A stretch of 64,000 nt of DNA from a virus (taxonomy: Duplodnaviria > Caudoviricetes): IMG/VR virus record IMGVR_UViG_3300028364_000013; one strand, written 5' to 3'. The position numbers and the translations under genes were made by a program. This document shows positions 36,171 through 46,002 of the stretch, piece by piece; position 1 is the first letter of the stretch; the number at the start of each line of letters is the position of its first letter. A model generated the notes under the pieces. It was not told the origin of the DNA. It saw only the letters and a list, made by a program, of their open reading frames with translations, and did not search any database.

Positions 36171-37283
36171 TTATAAACTTTCTATTAATTGACTCATTTT
36201 CTTTAACAAATCTTCATTATATGCAATTCTTAATAATTTAATTTCACTTTTACTACAGTAATCAGTTTTAATGCTATCGTTTATTTGCGTTAATTCCAAT
36301 GCTTTTTCTCCCCCAAAATAATCAATAGACTTAAAATGTTGCCTACCATCAAATTCAATACAAATATTGTAATCAGGCAAGTAAAAATCAAATGGTAACT
36401 CCATTATATTCCTACATTCTTTAAATTTCTTCTGCCTTTCAAATTTTATTAAATTTTCTTTTAATAATTTTGAAATCCTTTTTTCTCCCTTTGACTCATT
36501 GCAATGTGGACAACCAATACCTCTAATGTGATGTGTTGGCACCTGCTCAAATTCATCGTGAACTGGGCAAATTATTTTTATTTTTGTTTTAGAGTTAATA
36601 TATTTAACAAAAGAATAATCATATTTATTCTCATGAATCAAATGTGACTCCATTATAAAATATTCTTGTGATTTTTTAAGCTTATCAGCACGCTCTATTA
36701 TAGCGCATTTATTACAACCACGCCCAGATAAATGGTCATGAGGAGTTTGTTGAAATTGTCCATGATTTGGACAAATTATTACAATTGGTTTTTTTGAATT
36801 GTTATATTCCGTAAAAGAGTAATCATATTTATTTGAATGGACACTTTGAGCTCTTACTTTGAAATCTTCGAGAGTTAACTTCATTCTATCATTCCCACAC
36901 GATGGACAACCCCTATTAGATAGGTGATTCAAAGGCATTTGATTAAATTCTCCATGATTTTGACAAATTATTGTAACTGGAGTTTTATAATTCTTATAAT
37001 TTACTTTGCTATAATTGTAGCAATCACCATGAATTGATATTGCTTTTTTTACAAATTCTTCTTTTGATAAGGATTGTTTGTATGATTTTTTTAAGTTTCC
37101 ACAACCTGGACAACCAACCCCATTAGCGTGATGAAAAGGCAATTGATTAAACACTCCATGAACTGGACATTTTATATCTATTTTAGTTCTTGCATTTTTA
37201 TATTCTACAAGACTATAATCGTAAAAATTATTATGAATTTTTTGCGCCTTTTTAATGAAGATGTTTTTGTTTTTTTCTTTCAT
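36171..37283 (-). CDS. Putative homing endonuclease: four CPxHGxFxQxPxxH..GCPxC repeats plus PD-(D/E)xK domain
   Basis: LPFDFYLPDYNICIEFDGRQH. Confidence 0.85.
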   Translation of the reverse strand: MKEKNKNIFIKKAQKIHNNFYDYSLVEYKNARTKIDIKCPVHGVFNQLPFHHANGVGCPGCGNLKKSYKQSLSKEEFVKKAISIHGDCYNYSKVNYKNYKTPVTIICQNHGEFNQMPLNHLSNRGCPSCGNDRMKLTLEDFKVRAQSVHSNKYDYSFTEYNNSKKPIVIICPNHGQFQQTPHDHLSGRGCNKCAIIERADKLKKSQEYFIMESHLIHENKYDYSFVKYINSKTKIKIICPVHDEFEQVPTHHIRGIGCPHCNESKGEKRISKLLKENLIKFERQKKFKECRNIMELPFDFYLPDYNICIEFDGRQHFKSIDYFGGEKALELTQINDSIKTDYCSKSEIKLLRIAYNEDLLKKMSQLIESL

Positions 37284-37310
37284 ACTAATAAGTAGTAAAA
37301 AATTTTCAAC

Positions 37311-37385
37311 AAGTTGTGCGCCAGGATGAATATCACGTATTGTGACTATTCTTAATTTTGAATTATTAATCTATAAGTTTTTCAT
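37311..37385 (-). pseudogene. Diverged duplicate of the Pth2-like 5' end, also with in-frame TAG (codon 5), in frame with the endonuclease
   Basis: MKNL*INNSKLRIVTIRDIHPGAQL. Confidence 0.7.
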
Positions 37386-37518
37386 AACTTGTTTTTATAA
37401 TTTGTTTCTTTCAATTATATATACGCAAATATAAGACAAAATGTTCTATAAATGCAAATCTTTTTTAATCTTTTTTTACAAATCCCTTATTTTACTGGGA
37501 CTGTAGAGTAAAATTTTT

Positions 37519-37761
37519 TTAGTCTTCACTGCTCCCGTTTGCAATCATTTTGATGATGAACGCAATTATATGAGCAATCAACCATCCAATTCCAAGGTCT
37601 GCATAAACAATATAATACATTATAAGCAGCCTTGGAAACACTAACGAACCCAATACATCAAAAAACAAAGGGACATTGTTATGCGGAATTCCTCCAGCAA
37701 GATAAGCTATAAATAAACTTATCCTTGGAAAGAACAAACTGAATAATAGTAATAACGTCAT
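37519..37761 (-). CDS. Small membrane protein
   Basis: Hydrophobic segments. Confidence 0.6.
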   Translation of the reverse strand: MTLLLLFSLFFPRISLFIAYLAGGIPHNNVPLFFDVLGSLVFPRLLIMYYIVYADLGIGWLIAHIIAFIIKMIANGSSED

Positions 37762-38288
37762 TAAAGCAATCTTTTTAGTACCGCATCCCAATCTGGATAC
37801 TCCTCATTTCCAAACATTATGTGCTCACCAATGAACTCTCCAGCTCCATACTTAACTCTGTCATCAATTAAATAATGCCCCATGTAGTGACCTTTATGGA
37901 AGGATAGGTCCATTTTCTTATAGAAGGTAGGGAAATGTTCTTCAACCCACTTTCTCTTATCAGAGAAACAACTTATATTCCCCCAAGATGGTGCAGACAC
38001 AAAACATAACTCATATTTACCTGAGTTTTCAAGTATCTCAATCGCCTCTTTTGCTCCTGGATATAGAGGCAGGTCTTTATAAAAACCTTTAATATGCCTG
38101 TATTCACTCCTGTCAGCAAACTCTCTAAATGTAAGTCCCATTTTTTTAGCCTCTTCTGTTGCTTTAGGAACAAAATCTGCAACAACACCATCCATATCAA
38201 TCCATACCATCTCTTTTCCACCATGCACTTTTGTTAGTGCATCCATGATTTCTTCAACAGTCTCTTTACTTAAATAACTTTTAATCAT
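37761..38288 (-). CDS. 5'(3')-deoxyribonucleotidase (NT5C-like HAD)
   Basis: WIDMDGVVADF, SAPSW, KRKWV, YLIDD. Confidence 0.85.
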   Translation of the reverse strand: MIKSYLSKETVEEIMDALTKVHGGKEMVWIDMDGVVADFVPKATEEAKKMGLTFREFADRSEYRHIKGFYKDLPLYPGAKEAIEILENSGKYELCFVSAPSWGNISCFSDKRKWVEEHFPTFYKKMDLSFHKGHYMGHYLIDDRVKYGAGEFIGEHIMFGNEEYPDWDAVLKRLL

Positions 38289-38291
38289 ATC

Positions 38292-38861
38292 TTATATATT
38301 ACAATCTTCACACATCTCTGAAATAAACTCCGTTCTGTGCAATAAATCAGTTCCGCATGATTTGCAATAACCAAGCCCGTTCTTACCATTACTTTTAACT
38401 CCAGCTTTTTCAAGCAAATACTCTGTTACTTGCTTCCAGGTTTTAAATTTCCCTTGATGTCCGAACCTCATGAATTCTCCTCTAAACTTTGTTTGTCCAT
38501 GAATGTCCCAGTCATCAATAAGGTAATCACCTTCTTCTCCAATTCTCTCTTTCTTTGGAACCAAGTTTAAATTCTCAAGAGCCTCAAAGCCAACGTTATC
38601 CCTAACCCAGACCGCTTTTTCTGTATAAGAACCAAGATTGTAAACAGAAGGCCTTGTGCAGAACGCCATATCATAATGCTCTCCAAGAACTTTCCAAGCT
38701 TCTAAAAAACCTGGCATTGGCTCCATACTTGAGAAGAAGCCTATAATTGATTGAGGGTATTGATAATCTGGATACTTAGCTTTATATTTATTCAACTGCT
38801 TACTGAATTGGACCGCTGTATCATCCATGTCTATGTATACTGTTGGTTTTCCGTCTACCAT
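38292..38861 (-). CDS. Second NT5C-like HAD nucleotidase with C-terminal Zn ribbon
   Basis: YIDMDDT, EKAVWV, YLIDD. Confidence 0.8.
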   Translation of the reverse strand: MVDGKPTVYIDMDDTAVQFSKQLNKYKAKYPDYQYPQSIIGFFSSMEPMPGFLEAWKVLGEHYDMAFCTRPSVYNLGSYTEKAVWVRDNVGFEALENLNLVPKKERIGEEGDYLIDDWDIHGQTKFRGEFMRFGHQGKFKTWKQVTEYLLEKAGVKSNGKNGLGYCKSCGTDLLHRTEFISEMCEDCNI

Positions 38862-38956
38862 ATCTATTCTCTTTTTTATAAATTATCACATTCCAATCTC
38901 CACCAGCAAATATAATAAAAAATTTTAACTATTTATAATAAAAAACAAATTAAATT

Positions 38957-39670
38957 ATGGGAAATATAGGGATTTACAAAATTACAAACAAATTAAATAA
39001 AAAAATATACATAGGAAGTTCTATGAATATAAAAGCAAGAATATCTAAACACAAATCGCAATTAAGAAATAACAAACACAAAAACAGTCATCTACAAAAC
39101 TCATGGAATAAATACGGAGAAGATAATTTTAAATTTGAAGTCGTAGAAACTGTTGATAGTTTTGAGTTACTATTAGAAAGAGAGCAATTCTATTTAGATA
39201 ACACAAAAAACAAATATAACATACTTAGCAAAGCATACGCAAGTTATGGCTACAAGCACTCTGAAAAAACAAAAAAACTTTTAAGCGAGCTTGGAAAGAT
39301 GAAAACTGGAGATAAAAACCCATTTTATGGCAAAACTCCTTCAAAAGAATCAATAGAAATAATTAGAAATATAGGAAAATCTCAAACTGGAGATAAAAAC
39401 CCATTTTATGGCAAGCACCACACCAAGGAGTCTAAAGAAAAAATGTCAAATTCTCTTAAAGGAAGAAAAATGCCTGAATCATTTTTAGATAAACAAAAAG
39501 GAAACACAAGGGGAGCTAAAGAATTTTCAGTCACAACACCAAGCGGTACTATGTTTACTATTGTAAATTTAACAAAATTTTGCAAAGAAAACGACCTTAA
39601 CCCAAGAAACGCAATTGCAGCTGTAGCTGCTGATAGAAAATACAAGGGATATTATTTTAAGAGAATTTAG
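38957..39670 (+). CDS. GIY-YIG homing endonuclease with NUMOD3 repeats
   Basis: IGIYKITNKLNKKIYIGSS; KNPFYGK x2. Confidence 0.9.
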   Translation: MGNIGIYKITNKLNKKIYIGSSMNIKARISKHKSQLRNNKHKNSHLQNSWNKYGEDNFKFEVVETVDSFELLLEREQFYLDNTKNKYNILSKAYASYGYKHSEKTKKLLSELGKMKTGDKNPFYGKTPSKESIEIIRNIGKSQTGDKNPFYGKHHTKESKEKMSNSLKGRKMPESFLDKQKGNTRGAKEFSVTTPSGTMFTIVNLTKFCKENDLNPRNAIAAVAADRKYKGYYFKRI

Positions 39671-40148
39671 ATTTATATTTTTCTATATTTTTAAAGTCAT
39701 TTTCCCACACCACAATAGTCACATCTTCATTAAGTAGTTCTTCTGATATTATTTTTTCTATAACATAAAAATCACCACCCGCAAGCCCAGAGCCTATAAG
39801 AGGTAAGCCAATTTTCTTTCCAGAAAATTCAGACTTCATCGCTTTCATACACCCTCTAATTGCATCATAATCAGCATTTATGTTTCTACCTTTGTAGTCC
39901 CACTGAGTGTACATGTTTAGAATTGTGATATTATCATTAGACCATTGAGTATAAGTTCCAAGCTTACCTTTATCTGCAAAAGCAGAAGCTTTATCTGCAG
40001 AATAAGCCTGTGGATACTTTCGCTTGACTGTAAGGGCGATACCCGCTCCAAAAACACAATAACAATTACAGCCATGTGCTATTACGTCAAAATCTCTTTC
40101 CGCATCTCTTACAAGGTCTCCTTTTGTATATTTAATTTCATGCTCCAT
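39657..40148 (-). CDS. Macrodomain (ADP-ribose processing) protein
   Basis: KGDL..IAHGCNC..FGAGIA...PLIGSGLAGG. Confidence 0.85.
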   Translation of the reverse strand: MEHEIKYTKGDLVRDAERDFDVIAHGCNCYCVFGAGIALTVKRKYPQAYSADKASAFADKGKLGTYTQWSNDNITILNMYTQWDYKGRNINADYDAIRGCMKAMKSEFSGKKIGLPLIGSGLAGGDFYVIEKIISEELLNEDVTIVVWENDFKNIEKYKSKFS

Positions 40149-40202
40149 AAGCACAAATGTAAACAAAAAAAAGCGAATCATCTAATAATTCGCTTTCTAA
40201 TT

Positions 40203-40880
40203 TTAAAACAACCTACGCTGCTTGTGTTTAATTGTTATCTCTCCATAAAGTAGAGCATCACTCTTATCTCCGCAATCTCCATAATCAAAATCTCTAAAGG
40301 CTTTAATTTCAGTCACCTCACACTCTGGTATTAATATAGTCTTAACTGTAACTCCAGTTGGGTCAAGAATATGAATTTTAACTTCTCCAACTTTAGGAGA
40401 CCCTTCGAGTTCTTTAAGTTTTTCACAAATATCAATTTCAGCATTAGGAAACAGCATCAAAACTCTAAAAGAAGAATAATCATCTTTTATAATCTTTTTT
40501 GAATGGGCTAATTTTTTTTCAGAGTGAACATCTGTTCCAACATATTTATACGACTGAAAGAAATAAGGTGGTATGCCTGGAAATTCTACTTTAAATCTAT
40601 TTTTTCTATAAGGCTCATACTCAGGCACTGGCTCAAATAATCTTGTTCCCTTTTTTTTATCATCTTCAAACTTAAAGTATTTTACTTCTGGCTCTTCATC
40701 TGGACCTTCTGTGAAAGGTTTTTTCCCTTTAGTCCAATTTATTTTACCAGTATCTGAACTTTGATGTATTCTTCTAAATTCCCCTTCTTTTCCTTCTTCT
40801 GGTTTCATAAATGTTTTATTAAACCACTCTTTTACTTTATCTACTCTTTTCATAATATGATGTTTTTTAATTATAAGCAT
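40203..40880 (-). CDS. Tail-tube-like domain with N-terminal extension
   Basis: EPYRKNRFKVEFPGI...LDPTG...DFDY. Confidence 0.45.
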   Translation of the reverse strand: MLIIKKHHIMKRVDKVKEWFNKTFMKPEEGKEGEFRRIHQSSDTGKINWTKGKKPFTEGPDEEPEVKYFKFEDDKKKGTRLFEPVPEYEPYRKNRFKVEFPGIPPYFFQSYKYVGTDVHSEKKLAHSKKIIKDDYSSFRVLMLFPNAEIDICEKLKELEGSPKVGEVKIHILDPTGVTVKTILIPECEVTEIKAFRDFDYGDCGDKSDALLYGEITIKHKQRRLF

Positions 40881-40928
40881 GTTGTACCGCTTTTTTAATA
40901 ACTATTTATTAAAAAAAATAGTAGACTT

Positions 40929-41195
40929 ATGAAAAACAAAAAAGACTTTTTAGACGGAGACCATTCTTTCAAGAAATGGTTTTCAATAATGTGGAAAAAC
41001 GGTTACATATTCTTGTTTTTTTGCTTTTTAGCAATAACAATAGTGGGAGCATTTTTCTCTGAACGATTTGAATTTGACCCAGAAGAAAATTGGAACTGGT
41101 TTATGGCTGGATTTGGCGTTCTTGGCATGAGCCTTATTGCTTATAAGGGATTTTGGCAATTCTGGAACGACCTTAAAAACGGAAGAAGCAGATAA
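40929..41195 (+). CDS. Small two-TM membrane protein
   Basis: Two hydrophobic helices; TATTTAT upstream. Confidence 0.65.
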   Translation: MKNKKDFLDGDHSFKKWFSIMWKNGYIFLFFCFLAITIVGAFFSERFEFDPEENWNWFMAGFGVLGMSLIAYKGFWQFWNDLKNGRSR

Positions 41196-41218
41196 CAAAA
41201 CAAATAACAAAACATAAT

Positions 41219-41632
41219 ATGAAAAGACAACAAAACATCATATATAGAATGCTTGCTTACATAGGCGAATCTGTATATGACAAGAAAGGTGGAAAGGTTT
41301 CATCTACAAGAATGGCATCTTATTTTATACTTGGAGGTATATTGACATCAATGCTTCTCCTTGTTGGAATAGAGCTCATTAATGCTATTATTATGTGGAA
41401 GCAAGGGCTTGGGTATGTTATACCAGGAGAACACATAACAATATTTGGTATGGTCCTGGCTCATCACCTTACTCTTCTTGGTATTAACAAATATGCAGAA
41501 AGAAAAGTGGATGTTGCTACACAAGACAAACTTAGGTCTCATAACCAAATTAACCCAAGAGACATACCCACAGAAGTTCCTGACTCTCCAAAAGATATAG
41601 AGGAAGGTCCAAGCGACTCTAATATGGAATAA
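41219..41632 (+). CDS. Membrane protein (possible holin)
   Basis: KVSSTR followed by TM segments; late operon. Confidence 0.4.
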   Translation: MKRQQNIIYRMLAYIGESVYDKKGGKVSSTRMASYFILGGILTSMLLLVGIELINAIIMWKQGLGYVIPGEHITIFGMVLAHHLTLLGINKYAERKVDVATQDKLRSHNQINPRDIPTEVPDSPKDIEEGPSDSNME

Positions 41633-42003
41633 ATTAAAAAGACTCGAATTATCGAGTCTTTTTTTTGTCTTGTAGGTAAGTGTTGTTTTCTAAAATTAGA
41701 AACATGTTTTCGGTATTCTGACAATGCTCTAAAAACATCTTCCTGTCATCAAAAGATAGTGAAAAAAACTCTCCCTGAAGCTCTCTTCCATCTTCGTCCT
41801 CTTGTGATATTGTAAATATGAAACAAAAATACAAAATCATAATTGATAAATCAAATTTATTTTAAAGTTTTTTATTTTTTTTTAAAAACCCAGACAGCCA
41901 GGGCGTTTGCGGCAATATAGGATTTGTTAAAAAAATTTTAACCAAATTGGAAAGCTCCAGAAAAATGCTTACTATTTATAATAAGAATCTAAAAAAACAA
42001 TAT

Positions 42004-42279
42004 ATGTCAGAAGAAGAAAAAAACTCAGAAAACTCAGAAAACGAAGAGTTAATGCAAGAGCGAGAGTCAGATGGTGGAAGCGCTATGGAATTAGGTTATT
42101 TAACAACCGCAATTCTTGACTATTATGAAACAACAGCAACTGAAGGATTTGATGAAGGAGAAGGTTGGAAGGCTGGAAGCGAGCATGACAAAAGAAAAAA
42201 AGGAGTAGAAATTCCTGCTGATTTAAACGCAGAAATAAAAAAAGCCTTTATAGTTCAAATTAAAAAATTTCAAAAGTAA
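42004..42279 (+). CDS. Acidic hypothetical protein
   Basis: Start at ATG 42004. Confidence 0.6.
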   Translation: MSEEEKNSENSENEELMQERESDGGSAMELGYLTTAILDYYETTATEGFDEGEGWKAGSEHDKRKKGVEIPADLNAEIKKAFIVQIKKFQK

Positions 42280-42282
42280 AAT

Positions 42283-43110
42283 ATGTTTGAGGACAATAAC
42301 CTATGGTTTTTCTTATTCGCTGTAGTACCAGCAATATTATACTCTCTGTTCATTTATCACAGAGCGCCAAAGGGTGTTGTTAAAAAAAGACCAATGTGGA
42401 GTTACATAATTATTGGACTCTTGTCTATTCAAATACTCAAAACTATTCATTTCTTATTCCCTCACATTCACAAACACATTGAATACCACGCAGTCGCACA
42501 CGACCTTGGTGGGGGTAGACTTATATTATCAGAAGAACCTACTATATGGGCAATATTTGTATTTGCATTCTTCCAGGTTGCATTCTTTGAAGAAATATCT
42601 AAGTGGTTTGCATTCAGAGTAGGTAATGCAGTAAGAGGAGATACCAGAGATGGTAGAGATTCAGCATTTGCTGTAATGTTCTATTCTGTTATGATTGCAG
42701 TAGGATTCGCAGTATTCGAAAACATTCACTACGTTAGCAGAGTTCTTTGGGGTGACCTTCAAGGAGTTGACCCGAACGAGATGTTAATGATTAGGTCAAT
42801 CAACTCAGTTGTGGTACACATGCTTAGCGGTCTATTTATGGGATACTTCATCGCTCTTGGTAGAAGATGTAAGAATATATTCAAACATGCAGGATATACG
42901 ATGCTGGGACTATTAGCGGCCACTCTATTTCATGGACTCTATGACTTCAATCTTATGAAAGGGGTTACTGATGCAGATTTTGTAAGCATCTTAGGTCTTG
43001 ACTTCCATATTGTTAACAACATTATGATTATAGGAGCTCTTATTGTTTCTTGGTTCATGGGAAAACATCTTCTAAAAGTTGACTACAACAACAAAGGTTT
43101 ATTGAGGTAA
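42283..43110 (+). CDS. prsW: PrsW-family intramembrane metalloprotease
   Basis: FEEISKW, GFAVFENIHY, VHM, HGLYD motifs. Confidence 0.85.
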   Translation: MFEDNNLWFFLFAVVPAILYSLFIYHRAPKGVVKKRPMWSYIIIGLLSIQILKTIHFLFPHIHKHIEYHAVAHDLGGGRLILSEEPTIWAIFVFAFFQVAFFEEISKWFAFRVGNAVRGDTRDGRDSAFAVMFYSVMIAVGFAVFENIHYVSRVLWGDLQGVDPNEMLMIRSINSVVVHMLSGLFMGYFIALGRRCKNIFKHAGYTMLGLLAATLFHGLYDFNLMKGVTDADFVSILGLDFHIVNNIMIIGALIVSWFMGKHLLKVDYNNKGLLR

Positions 43111-43632
43111 CAATAGAGCGCCACTCTTAATCAAAGCTGGCAATTCATCAAACAAACAATTTAGCAAATCAAACAAGCTTAATTTAGCGTTTGATTTTAT
43201 TGATGCGCCTTCGCTAATAAATTCTATGCTTTCATCAATATAAACAGGAAGTCCTGAAATGTTTTTGATGCCATCTCCAGCTGCAGTTTTAACAAACTCA
43301 ATCTCTGGAGTCATATACACAAACTCTTTATCGTCTTCTAACTCAATTCTAAATTTCTTATAGACTCTAATTGCTTTATACTCTATTGGTAACTGTGTTG
43401 CTGATACAAGCGCTCTAACAACTTCGTATTCTTCAGAAAAAACGCTCCTAACCAAACCTTTGGCATCATAGAAAAAGTGAATTAAATCAGCGCAAGTTAT
43501 ACTCTCTCCAAGCTCTACATCCAACATAAGTATGCTTGAAAGAAATTCTGACTTGTCTTCTAATTTAGACAAGTCAGCAAGTTCTCCTCCAATAGATACT
43601 CTGCCTCCAGAATCTATTTTTAACATTCTCAT
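43099..43632 (-). CDS. Hypothetical protein
   Basis: 177-aa ORF coupled to clpC-like gene. Confidence 0.65.
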   Translation of the reverse strand: MRMLKIDSGGRVSIGGELADLSKLEDKSEFLSSILMLDVELGESITCADLIHFFYDAKGLVRSVFSEEYEVVRALVSATQLPIEYKAIRVYKKFRIELEDDKEFVYMTPEIEFVKTAAGDGIKNISGLPVYIDESIEFISEGASIKSNAKLSLFDLLNCLFDELPALIKSGALLLPQ

Positions 43633-45644
43633 GATTTAGCTACTATTTTATTATTCTTCTTATCGAATGATAACTTAATTTTAGTTCCCTCAGGAAGATT
43701 GTCGTTAAGAATAGCTTTTGCAATCACATTCTCCACGTTTTGAGTAATAGCTCTCTTAAGAGGTCTTGCTCCATATTCTCTATCGTAACCTATCTCTACC
43801 AAATAATCCTTAGCAGCTTTAGCGATAGTGATTTCGTAACCTTTTTCTGAGATTCTATCAATTGTTTTCTTGATTTCAAGCTCTACGATTTTAGCAATAT
43901 CTTCTTCGCTAAGAGGGTTGAATACAATTTTTTCATCAATTCTATTTATCAACTCTGGTCTAAGGTGTTTTTTAAGTTCAATACCAACTATTTCAGCAAT
44001 ATTTGCATGCTCATCATTGTTAACTCCAAAACCAAGAGTTTTCTTGCCCATTATCTTATCAGTACCAATATTTGATGTCATGATGATAATAGTGTTCTTA
44101 AAATTAATTTCTCTTCCTGTAGCATCAGTTAAAATACCATCATCAAGAATTTGAAGGAAGATGTTAAAAATATCTGGATGCGCCTTTTCAATCTCATCAA
44201 AAAGCAAAATAGAGTATGGCTTGTTTTTAACAGCCTCAGTAAGTATACCTCTATCTTCGTGACCTACATATCCTGGAGGTGAACCAATAAGTTTAGTTAC
44301 ATTGAATTTCTCCATGTACTCACTCATATCAAATCTAATAAACGCATCTTCGCTGTCAAACATAAAATTAGACAATTGCTTCGCTAAGTGTGTTTTACCA
44401 ACACCTGTTGAACCTAATAATAAAAATGATGCAATTGGCTTATTAGGGTCTTGAATACCCAACCTCGAACGTTGTATTGCTTCGCAAACTTTTTCAACTG
44501 CTTCATTTTGACCAATAACTGTTTTTTCAAGATAGCTCTTCATGTTGATTAATCTCTCGTTTTCATTATCTGTCATCTTTGTAATAGGAACTCCAACGTG
44601 ATTAGCGATTACTTCTGCGACATCCTGAACGGTTACAACCACTCTTGTTTCTCTAAGCTTTTCTTCCCACTTAATAGTTTCTTCTTCTATCTTCACGAGC
44701 ATTGCTCTCTCTTTGTCTCTAAACTTTGCTGCATCTTCGTATTTTTGACTCTTTGCAGCATCGCTCTTCTTTTCCTGGATTCCTTCAAGCTCTTTTTCAA
44801 GTTTCTTGATTCCTTCTGGAACTGGCGTGTTATTCAACTTAACTCTTGAACCTACTTCGTCCAATGCGTCAATAGCTTTATCTGGAAAGTTTCTGTAATT
44901 AACATACCTATCAGTAAATTCAACACACTTCTCAAGAACTTCATCAGAATAAATCACATTGTGATAATTCTCATACCTTTCTCTAAGCTGCTTTAGAATC
45001 TGTAAAGTCTCTTCTGGCGAAGGGATGTCTACATAAATTTTTTGAAATCTTCTTTCAAGAGCGGAATCGCTCTCAATAATCTTCTTGTACTCATCAACCG
45101 TTGTAGCACCGATTACCTTAATCTCACCTCTGGCAAGCGCTGGCTTGATGATGTTTGATGCATCCATAGAGCCAGATGCTCCACCTGCTCCAACTACATT
45201 ATGAAGCTCATCAATGAATATAATTACATCTGGACTTCCTTTTACTTCTTTTAAAAGGTCTTCCATGCGTTGCTCAAATTCGCCTCTATATTTAGTTCCA
45301 GATACAAGTGAGGTAAAATTAATCTCAACTATTCTTTTGTTAAAAAGCCATCTATCAACTTGCTTGTTAGCGATTCTTAAAGCAAGACCTTCTGCGATAG
45401 CAGTTTTACCAACTCCAGCCTCTCCTACAAGTACAGGGTTATTTTTCTTTCTCTTATTGAGGATTTGAACTAACTTGTCAACCTCTGCATCTCTACCAAC
45501 AACAGGGTCAAGTCCACCTTTAGTGGCCAACGCTGTTAAATCCTTTCCATAATGGTCAAGGATTGGAGTTTTGCTCTTACTATTCTTTTTGATTCTATCT
45601 GTATTAGAATCATCGTCTTCTGGTCCAAAAGCTCTTCTGTCCAT
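43629..45644 (-). CDS. clpC: ClpC-like double AAA+ chaperone lacking the N-terminal Clp-repeat domain
   Basis: GEAGVGKT, IDELH, ALERRFQ, UVR-like coil, GSTGVGKT, DMSEYME, GSPPGYVG, FDEIEKAHPD, GARPL. Confidence 0.9.
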   Translation of the reverse strand: MDRRAFGPEDDDSNTDRIKKNSKSKTPILDHYGKDLTALATKGGLDPVVGRDAEVDKLVQILNKRKKNNPVLVGEAGVGKTAIAEGLALRIANKQVDRWLFNKRIVEINFTSLVSGTKYRGEFEQRMEDLLKEVKGSPDVIIFIDELHNVVGAGGASGSMDASNIIKPALARGEIKVIGATTVDEYKKIIESDSALERRFQKIYVDIPSPEETLQILKQLRERYENYHNVIYSDEVLEKCVEFTDRYVNYRNFPDKAIDALDEVGSRVKLNNTPVPEGIKKLEKELEGIQEKKSDAAKSQKYEDAAKFRDKERAMLVKIEEETIKWEEKLRETRVVVTVQDVAEVIANHVGVPITKMTDNENERLINMKSYLEKTVIGQNEAVEKVCEAIQRSRLGIQDPNKPIASFLLLGSTGVGKTHLAKQLSNFMFDSEDAFIRFDMSEYMEKFNVTKLIGSPPGYVGHEDRGILTEAVKNKPYSILLFDEIEKAHPDIFNIFLQILDDGILTDATGREINFKNTIIIMTSNIGTDKIMGKKTLGFGVNNDEHANIAEIVGIELKKHLRPELINRIDEKIVFNPLSEEDIAKIVELEIKKTIDRISEKGYEITIAKAAKDYLVEIGYDREYGARPLKRAITQNVENVIAKAILNDNLPEGTKIKLSFDKKNNKIVAKS

Positions 45645-45729
45645 AATTATCTCTTTAAATGTTTGTAAAATTTAAGAATTTTAATCCAAAAAACCAAGAG
45701 AAAACAAAAGGTTCTGTATATTTTTTAAA

Positions 45730-45933
45730 TTACTCCTTTAACCTTTTATATACCAGCTCTATAAAGATTATCTTTTCATTATCTTTTAGAGCACCTATAG
45801 ATTGTACATCGTATTTTTCTGTTGGATATGTTCTTCTGATTTTGTCCCAAAAGAATTCGAAACCTTTTTTCTCTATCTCATTTGTAGTAATTGAGATTAC
45901 CACCTTTTCCATCGTTTTTAATACTAAATCCAT
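45730..45933 (-). CDS. Small hypothetical protein
   Basis: TATTTATA upstream. Confidence 0.55.
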   Translation of the reverse strand: MDLVLKTMEKVVISITTNEIEKKGFEFFWDKIRRTYPTEKYDVQSIGALKDNEKIIFIELVYKRLKE

Positions 45934-46002
45934 AATTTCTAAGTTTCCTATAAATAATCAGAAGAAACCAATAAATCACTGTATAAGCAAACTAAAAAAT
46001 GG

